Below, one piece after another: positions 26,302-41,539 of a stretch of 64,000 nucleotides of DNA (its first letter is position 1; each line of letters begins with the position of its first letter). The position numbers and the translations under genes were made by a program. The stretch is from Eledone cirrhosa (Eukaryota). Where the stretch lies: the NCBI GenBank assembly GCA_964016885.1, contig OZ024743.1, positions 23,374,001 to 23,438,000 on the forward strand. The letters are read 5' to 3'. The notes beneath the pieces were generated by a model. It was not told where the DNA came from, did not search any database, and was given only the letters and a program-made list of their open reading frames with translations.

Positions 26302-26500
26302 GTGAGGTTTTTTTTACAAAATGAAAAATAACCGAGGTGTCCTACACGAGTGAAAGTATAAAGAAAAAGAGATGAAATAGAAAATGCAACTGGAGTCTTA
26401 TTTTAAAAATATATATATTTATTTAGTTCCTTTACCGGTTTCGCAGTTCTTCTGCTTTTCAAAAGTAGAGTTGAGATGGAGGGTCTCTGGTTTTTCTCAC
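26295..26500 (-). mobile_element. Pseudo-LTR fragment with U3-A8 HHR (26429-26466)
   Basis: Same family as 43401-43748; abuts (AT)n. Confidence 0.65.
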
Positions 26501-27271
26501 ATCTGTATATATAGTTGTAAGATGTGCAACGTTAGTTACAGCTGGTGCGCCAGTTTGAGCACTCGATAAATTTGCATGTGACTATTTATCATAGGAGGTG
26601 TTCACAGCCATATTATCAAAGATTATAAGCGGTTGTAACATGCAGAGTGTTGATAATAAGCAGGCTGGAACAAAGTATCGAGATTGCTGCTTATTATATT
26701 TTATTCGTACACGATGCACGTTATCGATTAACTCAAGATACGATCAAACACGACTCTGCAATCGATAACTCCTCAGTACGACTCTAGGTCAGTGTTCAGG
26801 TCACAGGGACCATCGGAAGCAACGCCAACATCAATTACACCAGCACCACCAACAATAACAACAACAACAACAAGAACAACGACAATAGCTGAGGCAAGGA
26901 TACTGTGTTAATTGCCGGAATAATGAGTAGAGCGGCCAGCCGATGGAAATGGAAATGACGGCAGGGCCAATGTACAACAGTAGTAGCAAACACCAACAAA
27001 CCAGCAACATAAACAACAAAAACAACAGCTACAACAACAAGAGCAACAACAGCTCCCCCAACAACGTCACCACACTTCCTGTTAGGTTGTTAGTCGCACG
27101 CCAGCACCATTTACGACCATGTTAACAATCGTAGGCGCGTGCCGTGTGTTACTATAAAGAAATTGAGAAGAAAATAAAACAAAAATAACAGATGTAGAGT
27201 ATTGAAGTATTCGAATATTTCAATATTTGAAAACTCAAACATTCAGTGTTAAAGTTAAAAATATGTTGGGT

Positions 27272-27452
27272 TATTATAATTGTTTCTACTTTTGTCACAA
27301 GGCCAGCAATTATTCCAGTGCGTTACTGCTACTTTATTTTATCGACCTCGTAAGGATGAAAGGCAAAGTTAACCTCGGCGGGATTTAACGGGATTTAAAG
27401 GGACGTAACTATGTTGCAAATCATTGTGTCCGACCCTCTACCGATACTGCCA
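27272..27452 (-). mobile_element. SINE (same family as 660-862)
   Basis: Closely matches 10433-10613. Confidence 0.8.
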
Positions 27453-27454
27453 AA

Positions 27455-27640
27455 TTATAATACGCGCAGCACCCGACTCCACAAGAAGAGAGCAATGCAA
27501 CCTCTGCCTAGCAGAAGCCACGGAAATTACCAAGTTAAAACACAATGCCATCAACCAAAAATCAGAAATAATATTCAATTGCAGACACTATGAAAACTGC
27601 ACATTCTCAGCTTTGAACTTTTCATCTAAACACCGTCTGA
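27455..27640 (+). pseudogene. PLE GIY-YIG C-terminal fragment (Nematis-like)
   Basis: CNLCLAEATEI..INQKSEIIFNCRH, homologous to the ends of the 57590 and 61100 elements. Confidence 0.6.
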
Positions 27641-28737
27641 ATATAAGAGGTAGATCATAATATTATGATATTTAAATAAATATAAACACTTTCAACCCAA
27701 ACAGTTATGTATCAGAGGTAGAGATCAGTTGAAGTAGAAACTGAAGTGACTGAAATGTTTTTTGTTATTGTCTTAGTTGTTGGATTCCTGTTATAATTTG
27801 ATCTCGTCAACGGATTTGTTGGTAGATAAAGTGAGATATGAGTGTGGGTGGCAATCTAATATACCAAGAATTGTTCGTAATTTTGTGTTTAGTTCTATAG
27901 GCAGTATAAAAAAGCTTTTATAGTGTCTTGATGAATTAATTGGTATATTTTTATGGTATATTTTGGAGTTGAAATAGGAGGTTGAGAACTTTTTTTTTTA
28001 GAGCCATGGTATGGAGATCTCTATATAATATAGATATAACCTGCATAAAGCAATGTATGCTTTTTTTGTATGGTTGTTGATATAGTTTACTAAAGGTAGC
28101 GTATAACTTTTCATTTGTAATTGTACATGTAGTGTCAAGGATCTTAATTTTTGAAGTTTCTCTTTTTTATTCATTTATTTATTTATATGAGGGTAGTGAT
28201 AATTCATCTTAATGTAGTCTCCAATGTGCTTTTTCTGTTTAGATATTTGCTATACTATTTATTTATTGGACAGTAGTTGGTTCTATATATTTACCAAGTT
28301 CTTTCTACTCGTGGGTCAGGTAGTATAGTATGTTGTATATATGGTATATTGTTTGCTTTGCTGTTTCCGTGTGGCTATACATATACCGCAACAACGATAA
28401 ATACAGAAAGGTTGAAAACGAACATGGATCATATAATATTAAAGTTCAGATGGATCGATTCTCCTTTAATGACGATCAAGATCGATTGTCTAACAGCACT
28501 AATATTTTTAGTGAAACGTATTCATGATTTCTGAAGGATACGTATGAAGGAGATATATATATAATTTTCATCAGGTATCTATATTTAACATTTTTTGTTA
28601 AATTTTAATATATATTTTTTTAATTTTAATGAATATATATATATATGCAAAGGGCAAACAAAAACAACAAAGCAAACGATACAGTACAATGAAGAAATAT
28701 ATTATTTGTTTTTATGCTTGATATAATAGGAAAAGAG

Positions 28738-28773
28738 TCTTAACGTTTCGGACGCTAGACCTTCATCAGAAGA
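28738..28773 (-). ncRNA. Minimal type I HHR (loopless palindromic stem III)
   Basis: TCTT CTGATGA AGGTCTAGCGTCC GAAAC GTT AAGA. A related tail is at 43858-43925. Confidence 0.6.
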
Positions 28774-29005
28774 TAGAATGAGAAATTAAAGAAGAAATAG
28801 AAAGATTGAGGAGACAGGCAGGGTGGAAACGGAAAAAAAATAGAGAAAAATAAAAGGTCCATTCATGTTGCCATCTCTTGGAAAACTGTTGATGCTGGCG
28901 TTTTGTGTATGATATATTTATTTTGAAAAGGTGATGATGGAGCGTGTATATCTGAAAGGGAAAAAACTGTCTTGTTTATAGAGATGTACGTGTGCACATG
29001 CGTAT

Positions 29006-29050
<45 letters not shown>

Positions 29051-29244
29051 TTATTACACGTCCGAATGAAGCTAAGAAGATATGTTTGTATGTGTGTGTA
29101 TGTAAGTAAAAGAGAGTATGTATGTGTGTGTGCTTGTAAGTATGAAGCTGTGAGCAAAGGTATGTGTGTATATGGGTAAGTGTGTGTGTACAAAGCTGTG
29201 GAGGTGGAGGTGTATGTGTATATATACATATATATATATAATAT

Positions 29245-29880
29245 AATCGCCTCCCCATTAACACCCGCCTTTCCTTTCCCCCTCACCTATCACCGGTCTA
29301 TCTTACCATTACGTCGTCACATCCTTCATTATTTTCGAACCCTCATTTCTAACCCCATCCCTTCTCGCTTCTTTACTAACCCATCCTTTACTGCCTTTAA
29401 GCGTTCCCATAATCTCCGTGACCTTTTTGTGCACAGTTCCTTCTCTCCCACCCATCGGACTCCCTGGCTCTCGTTTTTATTCTCACCCACGCTGTAGCAC
29501 CTTCCCCTACATAACCAGCCTCATCACTCTCACAGATACGAACCAATCATGTTTGCATTAGCCAGCCCTTCACTTGCACTTCAACCATCGTCATCTACAC
29601 CCTCCGGTGTTTTCTTTGTGGGTCTATCTAGATCGGACAGACAGGCCGCCGCCTGGCGGAGCGAATCGCTGAACACCTTAGTTACCTACGACTAGGCAAA
29701 GACATTCCTGTCACTCTTCACTTCCATTCCCTCAACCACTCTACTCAACACCTCACTGTATCAGACCTCATTTTACTCCACGGGTCCACAGCCACTCGCA
29801 CCAGGACCGAGCATAACTTTACTTTCCGCCTTGGAACCTCTTTTCCGCATGAACTCAATTCCCACCTCCAGTTCCTTTAA
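29245..29880 (+). pseudogene. Decayed PLE linker and GIY-YIG fragment
   Basis: FPLTYH..AFKRSHNLRDLFVHS; FTCTSTIVIYTLRCFLCGSI*IGQTGRRLAERIAEH. Confidence 0.75.
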
Positions 29881-30683
29881 CCTTCCGTTGTCCTTGCTCT
29901 CACTCACAAACACACGCACATATATACACACACACAACTCCAACCACGACAATACACAACCACATTTACAACATCCGTATATACATACACCACTCTGCAC
30001 ACATCTTCTTTTGTACCCACCTAACTATCCATCCTATACTTTCGGATGCGCGCACACGCATGTGTACCTGCCCGTACATATTGCCAACACACATTCCTGT
30101 TCTCATGTTCATATGTGCTTGTTTGTCTTGCGCGCTAGTCTGTGTTCACTTGGCACCCAGTGCCATGGCTGTGGATACGTCGGTGGTGAATTTTTCCTAA
30201 CATTTACTCCGTCCCCACCACTTCCTGGCTCTATCCATCTCCACGCACGTAGAGACTTCACACTTTGTAACTTAGCTGTTTACGGCTGTACCACTGTATC
30301 GTTGTATGCGAATTTCTGCAGCTTCTCTTACAACCATAGGAGGTAACGAATATACAGGTTACTACCATTTTCACTACCTCCTCTTTTCTATACAAACCCT
30401 CTCGGCTACTGTAATATGTGTGTTTATGTACGTATTATGTAGAATTTCATATACATTGTTATACACCCCCTTATGTTGGTCAGCAGCCAGCTTGACACAG
30501 TCCAACATTCGAACACACCTTCACGCGCGCGCACGCACACGTACACGTACACACATACACACACACACACACACATAGACACACACACGCTCATATTCAC
30601 TATACATTGGTTACCACCCTTTCTAAACTTCTCTAACGCCGAAGATACCACTTGACCAGCCCCTGATGTGTTCCAGAATAAGG

Positions 30684-33600
30684 CTTTGTTCTAGAACCAA
30701 GACTGTCGACATTCTCCAGATACTGATAATCTTCAGAAACTGACACTTGATCCGTGGTTATAATATAGGTTTTAGTAATGATTAGTAATGGTTGTCAAGG
30801 TGGGGGTTCCCGGCTTTGTTCTAGAATCAAGGCTGTCTACATTCTCAAGACACTTGAGCCGTGGTTATAATATAGGTTTTAGTGATGATTAGTAATGGTT
30901 GTCAAGGTGTGGGTTCCCAGCTTTGTTCTAGAATCATGACTGTAAACATTCTCAAGACACTTGAGCCGTGGTTATAATATAGGTTTTAGTGATGATTAGT
31001 AATGGTTGTCAAGGTGGGGGTTCCCAGCTTTGTTCTAGAATCAAGGCTGTCAACATTCTCAAGACACTTGAGCCGTGGTTATAATATAGGTTTTAGTAAT
31101 GATTAGTAATGGTTGTCAAGGTGGGGGTTCCCAGCTTTGTTCTAGAATCAAGACTGTCAACATTCTCAAGACACTTGAGCCGTGGTTATAATATAGGTTT
31201 TAGTAATGATTAGTAATGGTTGTCAAGGTGGGGGTTCCCAGCTTTGTTCTAGAATCAAGACTGTCAACATTCTCAAGACACTTGAGCCGTGGTTATAATA
31301 TAGGTTTTAGTAATGATTAGTAATGGTTGTCAAGGTGGGGGTTCCCAGCTTTGTTCTAGAATCAAGACTGTCAACATTCTCAAGACACTTGAGCCGTGGT
31401 TATAATATAGGTTTTAGTAATGATTAGTAATGGTTGTCAAGGTGGGGGTTCCCGGCTTTGTTCTAGAATCAAGGCTGTCTACATTCTCAAGACACTTGAG
31501 CCGTGGTTATAATATAGGTTTTAGTGATGATTAGTAATGGTTGTCAAGGTGTGGGTTCCCAGCTTTGTTCTAGAATCATGACTGTAAACATTCTCAAGAC
31601 ACTTGAGCCGTGGTTATAATATAGGTTTTAGTGATGATTAGTAATGGTTGTCAAGGTGGGGGTTCCCAGCTTTGTTCTAGAATCAAGGCTGTCAACATTC
31701 TCAAGACACTTGAGCCGTGGTTATAATATAGGTTTTAGTAATGATTAGTAATGGTTGTCAAGGTGGGGGTTCCCAGCTTTGTTCTAGAATCAAGACTGTC
31801 AACATTCTCAAGACACTTGAGCCGTGGTTATAATATAGGTTTTAGTAATGATTAGTAATGGTTGTCAAGGTGGGGGTTCCCAGCTTTGTTCTAGAATCAA
31901 GACTGTCAACATTCTCAAGACACTTGAGCCGTGGTTATAATATAGGTTTTAGTAATGATTAGTAATGGTTGTCAAGGTGGGGGTTCCCAGCTTTGTTCTA
32001 GAATCAAGACTGTCAACATTCTCAAGACACTTGAGCCGTGGTTATAATATAGGTTTTAGTAATGATTAGTAATGGTTGTCAAGGTGGGGGTTCCCGGCTT
32101 TGTTCTAGAATCAAGGCTGTCTACATTCTCAAGACACTTGAGCCGTGGTTATAATATAGGTTTTAGTGATGATTAGTAATGGTTGTCAAGGTGTGGGTTC
32201 CCAGCTTTGTTCTAGAATCATGACTGTAAACATTCTCAAGACACTTGAGCCGTGGTTATAATATAGGTTTTAGTGATGATTAGTAATGGTTGTCAAGGTG
32301 GGGGTTCCCAGCTTTGTTCTAGAATCAAGGCTGTCAACATTCTCAAGACACTTGAGCCGTGGTTATAATATAGGTTTTAGTAATGATTAGTAATGGTTGT
32401 CAAGGTGGGGGTTCCCAGCTTTGTTCTAGAATCAAGACTGTCAACATTCTCAAGACACTTGAGCCGTGGTTATAATATAGGTTTTAGTAATGATTAGTAA
32501 TGGTTGTCAAGGTGGGGGTTCCCAGCTTTGTTCTAGAATCAAGACTGTCAACATTCTCAAGACACTTGAGCCGTGGTTATAATATAGGTTTTAGTAATGA
32601 TTAGTAATGGTTGTCAAGGTGGGGGTTCCCAGCTTTGTTCTAGAATCAAGACTGTCAACATTCTCAAGACACTTGAGCCGTGGTTATAATATAGGTTTTA
32701 GTAATGATTAGTAATGGTTGTCAAGGTGGGGGTTCCCAGCTTTGTTCTAGAATCAAGACTGTCAACATTCTCAAGACACTTGAGCCGTGGTTATAATATA
32801 GGTTTTAGTAATGATTAGTAATGGTTGTCAAGGTGGGGGTTCCCAGCTTTGTTCTAGAATCAAGACTGTCAACATTCTCAAGACACTTGAGCCGTGGTTA
32901 TAATATAGGTTTTAGTAATGATTAGTAATGGTTGTCAAGGTGGGGGTTCCCAGCTTTGTTCTAGAATCAAGGCTGTCTACATTCTCAAGACACTTGAGCC
33001 GTGGTTATAATATAGGTTTTAGTAATGATTAGTAATGGTTGTCAAGGTGGGGGTTCCCAGCTTTGTTCTAGAATCAAGACTGTCAACATTCTCAAGACAC
33101 TTGAGCCGTGGTTATAATATAGGTTTTAGTAATGATTAGTAATGGTTGTCAAGGTGGGGGTTCCCAGCTTTGTTCTAGAATCAAGACTGTCAACATTCTC
33201 AAGACACTTGAGCCGTGGTTATAATATAGGTTTTAGTAATGATTAGTAATGGTTGTCAAGGTGGGGGTTCCCAGCTTTGTTCTAGAATCAAGGCTGTCTA
33301 CATTCTCAAGACACTTGAGCCGTGGTTATAATATAGGTTTTAGTAATGATTAGTAATGGTTGTCAAGGTGGGGGGTTCCCGGCTTTGTTCTAGAATCAAG
33401 GCTGTCTACATTCTCAAGACACTTGAGCCGTGGTTATAATATAGGTTTTAGTAATGATTAGTAATGGTTGTCAAGGTGGGGGTTCCCGGCTTTGTTCTAG
33501 AATCAAGAGTGTCAACATTCTCAAGACACTTGAGCCGTGGTTATAATATAGGTTTTAGTAATGATTAGTAATGGTTGTCAAGGTGGGGGTTCCCGGCTTT

Positions 33601-33787
33601 GTTCTAGAATCAAGAGTGTCAACATTCTCAAGACACTTGAGCCTTGATTATAATATAGGTTTTAGTAATGATTAGTAATGGTTGTCAAGGTGGGGGTTCC
33701 CAGCTTTGTTCTAGAATCAAGAGTGTCAACATTCTCAAGACACTTGAGCCTTGATTATAATATAGGTTTTAGTAATGATTAGTAATA
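30684..33787. repeat. 107-bp tandem satellite, about 29 units, with a 642-bp higher-order repeat
   Basis: Unit GCTTTGTTCTAGAATCAAGACTGTC..GGGGGTTCCCA (107 bp). A diagnostic variant unit recurs at 30813, 31455 and 32097. Confidence 0.95.
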
Positions 33788-34115
33788 ATTGGCAAGAGGG
33801 GAGTGGCATGCCTGGGGACGTTATATTGAAGTTTTAAATATTAGTTTGTGATGGCACCTATAACAACGCTAACAGTTTTGTTGGCTTTGATGGTAGTGTA
33901 TTCAAAGGAAAGCTAGATTGTCTTATAATTTACTGTACAATAGAGATATCGATATCCAACTATCGATAAAATTGATTTATCTCTCAAGTAAACTCTCACT
34001 TTGTCCATTACTCTTTCTATCTCTCAAACACTGATGCCCCACACGCATTTGTGTGTGTGTGTGTGAGAGAGAGGGAGAGAGAGAGAGAGAGGGGGGGCCG
34101 CAAGCGGTAGAAGGG

Positions 34116-34159
34116 ACTGTCCTGGCGATGGCCAGTTAAGCGTGAAATGCATAGACGGT
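34116..34159 (+). ncRNA. Degenerate minimal HHR upstream of a PLE
   Basis: ACTGTC CTGGCGA .. GAAA TGCA TA GACGGT. Core A6 changed to G. Confidence 0.5.
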
Positions 34160-34309
34160 TGTCCCCCTTGCTTCTGCTGGACATCACCTGAGGGCGTTAG
34201 CATAGCTATGGCTTCCTAAAACCGTATTTCTTTGGAGATACGAAATATTTATACAAATTGTATAAAGCTATGCTTGAAGCGAAATCCTATTTCTTTTATA
34301 TATATATAT

Positions 34310-37300
34310 ATAATTTGTCAATACTCACCAACAAACTAAACTCTACAAGTGAAGAAATAATCCCCAAATACACATCCTATGAAATCAACGACAATATCAA
34401 TAACTTATGTGAAACAATAAAAACACACCTGAATACCAACACAAACCCTATTCAAACGAACGAAAATACACATGACACTAATACACCTACACCTTACCAA
34501 ATAAAAAACAAATTAATACCACAATAGTACACATCTCTTAATAACAGGAAATTCTCCTTTTGGAAGATGATACAAAACAATAACAAAGCGGAGATCTATG
34601 AAAAATGGATTAACTCATCCCCATTAATCATCCCCCGCAAACTACAAATTAAATCCATCCCAAACGAACCAGAGACACAAAGACACCTCAGGGAAAGAAT
34701 GGCACTTGATAACATAAAAACCGAAATTGAACTCCTTAAATTGAGAGCCCAAGCAAATGAAGATAGGATCAAAACAATCGACGATGAGATTAATCTAGCA
34801 ATTATCAATATAACTAAAGACACCACCCTAGAAAATATTTCAAAATTATGGTTATAGGACTGTAATAAGGAAGAATTAAAATCCCTTCAACGCTGGGAAA
34901 TAAACGAAACCTGGTTCTCTAACTATGAAACACTTTTCCAAAAAGAACACACATCCAAGAACCCCTTCATTAAAACCATAATAACAAGAAAATTCAATCA
35001 ACACCCAAACAACACACAACAACCAACAACAACAAAAAAACAATACCTCTCCACATACCAACAAAAGAAGGCATCACCTCGCCCCTACCTCCTACACCCT
35101 CCACACAACTATCACACGGACTCCCAAGCAACAAATATAGTAATAGAGAAACATCAGCTACAAGATAGACACTACAACTTCTCTCCAACCAGGAGAACCC
35201 CCCCACACACACACACACACACACACACTTACAACCCCCCTAACATCCCCACACAACAAACCCACAACCATCATTACTTCTAACATAGAACCCAAAATAC
35301 ACAACTACCACACATGTCACACAGGGCCTCACAACCACACACCAGCTATAAGGAAACCCTAATCTACCCTCCCCCACTTTCCACACCCTACTACAACAAC
35401 ACCAGCAGGGGACAATACAACCACACCAGACACCCTAACCACTACAACCACCATAGCTACACACCATATAACAGCAACAACAGGACTCAATATGAACACA
35501 CAAGACAACCCTACTACAACTACCACCAAGTCTACACACGCTACAACAACAGCAGTGCTCAACACAACCACACGTTACAACCCAACTTCAACAACCACCA
35601 CAACTTCACACCCTATAACCACGTCCATCAAATCTACACACCCTACAACAACATCAGCAGGGCTCAATACAACCACACGATACAGCCTAAATTCAACAAC
35701 CACCACAGCTACACACCATCTTACAACAACAGCAGGAGTCAATACAACTATAAGAGACATCCAAACTTTAACAGCCATCACAACTTCCGTAATCATTTTT
35801 TAGACACAGCACACACACACAGGATCACAAGACAACACAAAACACACAGGAGACACAAAATGCAATAAAAATTGTCAATTTAACCTCCAAAGAATTAACA
35901 ACAGACCAAATCAACATACTCTCCAAAGGTCTAAAATTTACACCAACTCCCCAACAACCAAACTACCCCGAAATGAAGGAAGATATTGCAGAATTATGTA
36001 GAAAACTAAGACTCAGCGAACAACTATACAACAAATACAATGAGGATGACTCAATAGCCAGAAATAGAAGCAACTACACCCCACCAAAAGGCAAGAATAA
36101 ATTCCTCAATCAATTCTGCGAACACATTACTAATTACCCATACCACCACCTACACAGACATAAACAAAAACCAAACCTAAACAAAAAAGAATGGAATGGT
36201 CTTAACAGTCTAAAAAACGACAAAACCCTAACAAACAAAGAGGCAGATAAAGGGGTGCAGTAGTCCTTATGGAGACAGATTATTACACAACTCTAGTACT
36301 CTCAACTCTAGAAAACCAAACATATTATGAAAAGGCCCAACACTACACACAACAGAAAATAATGAGAAACCTAAAATCCCTAACAACCCTTTACAAAGAA
36401 GGCCTTACAGACAAGGAATACAACTACATCACCAATTTCAAAAGCAGAACCAGCCTCTTCTACGGTATCCCCAAGACACACAAAAGCGAAGTAATAGGCA
36501 GGGCCTGCAAGCAAGTCACAGACGTTTACATCAATATAGCCCCTCCTGATGACCTTAAATTAAGACCCATAATAGCAGGCACCACATGTAAAACCCATCG
36601 CCTAAGCAACTTCCTAGATATTCTGCTTAAACCTTTCCTAAAACATATAAAAAGCTTCATAAGGGACGACCTTGACATGCTCAACCACCTCCCAACAACA
36701 CTCAATAACGAACATACCATACTAGTAACCTTTGATGTCATCAATTTATATTCCAATATCCCACACAACCTAGGTATAGAGGCAATACAATTCTGGATGG
36801 AAAATTTCCCCAGTGAACTTCCACAGCGCATCCCTAAAGGATTTGTGTTGGAGGGACTCAAATTCATCTTGGAAAACAATTTCTTCGAATTCAATGCCAA
36901 ATACTACAGACAGAAATCTGGGACTGCCATGGGCACGAAAGTGGCCCCCTCATACGCCAACCTTGTCATGGGATATTTGGAAACCACTCTCTACCGCAAA
37001 GTTCTAGACAAATACGGCAACCACTTCTACCAACACAGAAAAGAACTGGAAGAGATATTTGGACGACTGCTTCATCCTCTCGCATGAAAGTATAGATAGA
37101 CTGTTTGAGTTCAAAACCCTTCTGAATGAGCTCAACACTAACTTACAATTCACAATGGATTACAGCCATGAATAACTCCCTTTCCTCGACATCCTCATCA
37201 AGAAAACAAGCAACAAAATAGAAGCAGACATATACTACAAACCCTAGACACACGAAAATGGCAATTCCTTATAACATAGCCAGAAGGATCTGCACAATAG

Positions 37301-38073
37301 TTTCAGATAAATACACATGATACACACGACTAGAAGAATTAAAAAACACACTTATCAGCAGAAACTACCCACCATCCCTAATCACCAATGGATTCCAACG
37401 TGCCCTAAAACTCGACATCCAGGAACTCAGACACCCCAAACCCAGGAGTGAACCGCAACAAAAAACTCTACCATACATCTTCACACACAACCCCCTCAAC
37501 AATGAAGCATTCGATACCATCCTCCAGAACATTCCTTTACTAAAAAGAGACCCACGAATGAACAATATCCTCCAAACACACAACATCATAAAGAGCAAAA
37601 GACAACCCAAATCCATAAAAAACATCCTCACACAAGCCAAAATCCAACAAACCCTCACAATAAACCCTACAGTAACAAAATGCGGAAGGCCCAACTGTGG
37701 CATATGCATAAATCTAATAGAAGGTTCAACATTCCATTTTAAACAAGGACAACGTTTCACAGTTAAACACAACTTTACATGTGCATCTGAAAACCTTATC
37801 TATGTTTTGACTTGCTCAGGTTGTCTAGAGCACTATATAGGACAGACAAACAATAGCCTCCGTCAACGTATGACCGTCCATAAATCACAAACTAAAATAC
37901 AGGAATACAGAAAGATTGCATTTAGTGAACATATCGCTAATTGTGCTCTCAACCAACTTCCAAACTTTAAAATGTTCCCCATTTACAAATTCATAGACAA
38001 CGCTACTTCATCCAACGCACCAATAAGGAAACACATTTCATTAATAAATTTCATCCAGTACCCAATGCCCTAA
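34310..38073 (+). pseudogene. Near full-length Penelope-like element (RT, Cys linker, GIY-YIG; Neptune-like), frameshifted
   Basis: LSKGLKFTPTP, EADKG, FYGIPKTHK, LRPIIAG, FDVINLYSNIP, GTAMGTKVAPSYANL, RYLDDCF (about 37054), KCGRPNCGIC, NLIYVLTCSGCLEHYIGQT. Confidence 0.92.
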
Positions 38074-38663
38074 AATTCGGACCTATCTAAAATTGCAACA
38101 AACCATCAAACATTTACAAGAGCTACCTCCCTCACACCCTACCTAATCCTTTTTCTTAAATAAATTAAATATCACCCAGCAAGAATTGCTTCCCCCTGCA
38201 TATTATCTCTCTAAAAAGAGAAATCATATCAAACCACAGTCCACCATTTGCCTCCTTCAAGGAACCATGGTTCAACTAAACACTCTTGCTATATTAACAC
38301 ATTTTGAACTGCTTAACTTCAATGACTGTGCTTGTAAATAACATTAACTTTTCTTCGACATTGACTTTTTACGTTCCACATTATGCACGTTTTTTTTTCC
38401 TTTTTCTTTTTTCTTTTCACTTCTTAAACCTTGTAGGTATATAACATTATTCTTTCTGCACCTTCTGTTTAACATGTGCGACACCACACTAATACATTTC
38501 ACTATCATTTGATAATGCATATAAATGCAGAAACCGGTAATAGACAATAATTAAATATATAAATAGATAAATAAATGCCATTGTTAAATAATAAATAAAT
38601 CAACTAATACCTTAACCCTTCACACAAAGTAAAACATTTCGTTTTAATCATTTTCTAACCCAG

Positions 38664-38737
<74 letters not shown>

Positions 38738-38793
38738 CAAACAAAAGGAAAAAAAAATATTTTTCTTCCTCATAATCGTCTCTTTCTCCCTGT

Positions 38794-38860
<67 letters not shown>

Positions 38861-38862
38861 TA

Positions 38863-38993
38863 TATTTCTGAAGACGGCGGGTAGTGTAGACGTATGTATT
38901 TTTTCTTTCTATGATATTTTGTAATATATTTTACATAGATCAATAATTGAATGGACATACGGGGAACTACCCCCCAGAAACGATGGTAAAATA
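38863..38993 (+). ncRNA. Type I HHR with extended stem II
   Basis: TATTT CTGAAGA CGGCGGGTAGT..CGTATGT...ACATACG..ACTACCCCCCA GAAAC GATG GTA AAATA. Sits between two (AT)n tracts. Confidence 0.6.
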
Positions 38994-39043
38994 ATGAGTT
39001 TTACGATGAATTAACCGGTTTTTGTTTAATTTAATTGTTTTAA

Positions 39044-39103
<60 letters not shown>

Positions 39104-39575
39104 AATATAAATTACCGAGAATCGCATTTCGGCTATTGTAAATTACCAAAAAACAACTTCCGAAAGCGCTCAATAGAAACGAGTGAACTAGAGCGAAAAC
39201 ATACGTTAAAAGGCCAAACACACTGAGATGATGGTTAAACCATTAACCGCAAACCCATAGAAGCGAACAAGCTATTGGAGTCAAACAAATAATAAAATAT
39301 GATTGAAAAATATACCCGGACTCTGGAAACGGTGATAAATCCAATATGGGGTTTCTGCAACTCCTAAATCAGGTACTGTCTGTTTAAACAAATAATGTTA
39401 AGCTTTTGGTATGATGATCGAACAAGGAAGTCACTTTTTCAGCAGGCATTTAGTCCTATGCAAAGCTAAGGAACTGACCGTTATCTGAACCCATGTGCGG
39501 GGTTAAAAGTGAGAGAACCCCTAGTTTTAGCGGATGAATTCAGTATGTGTGGTTATTGCAAATATATATATATTG

Positions 39576-41442
<1,867 letters not shown>

Positions 41443-41483
41443 CGAAACACATGTCAATTGCATGAACTCATAATCCTTTATTT

Positions 41484-41539
41484 ACTGCTATATATATTTC
41501 GATGATAGCCATTGAATGGCTATGACCTCATCAGGCAGT
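41484..41539 (-). ncRNA. Type I HHR
   Basis: ACTGC CTGATGA GGTCATAGCCAT tca ATGGCTATCATC GAAA TATATA TA GCAGT. Confidence 0.75.

Noticed and set aside
26635-27190. Possible solo LTR (TGT..ACA, internal AATAAA on minus)
   Set aside because: No matching target-site duplication and no second copy in the window.
30684-33787. CRISPR-like array
   Set aside because: Whole 107-bp units repeat with no unique spacers; no cas genes; eukaryotic context.
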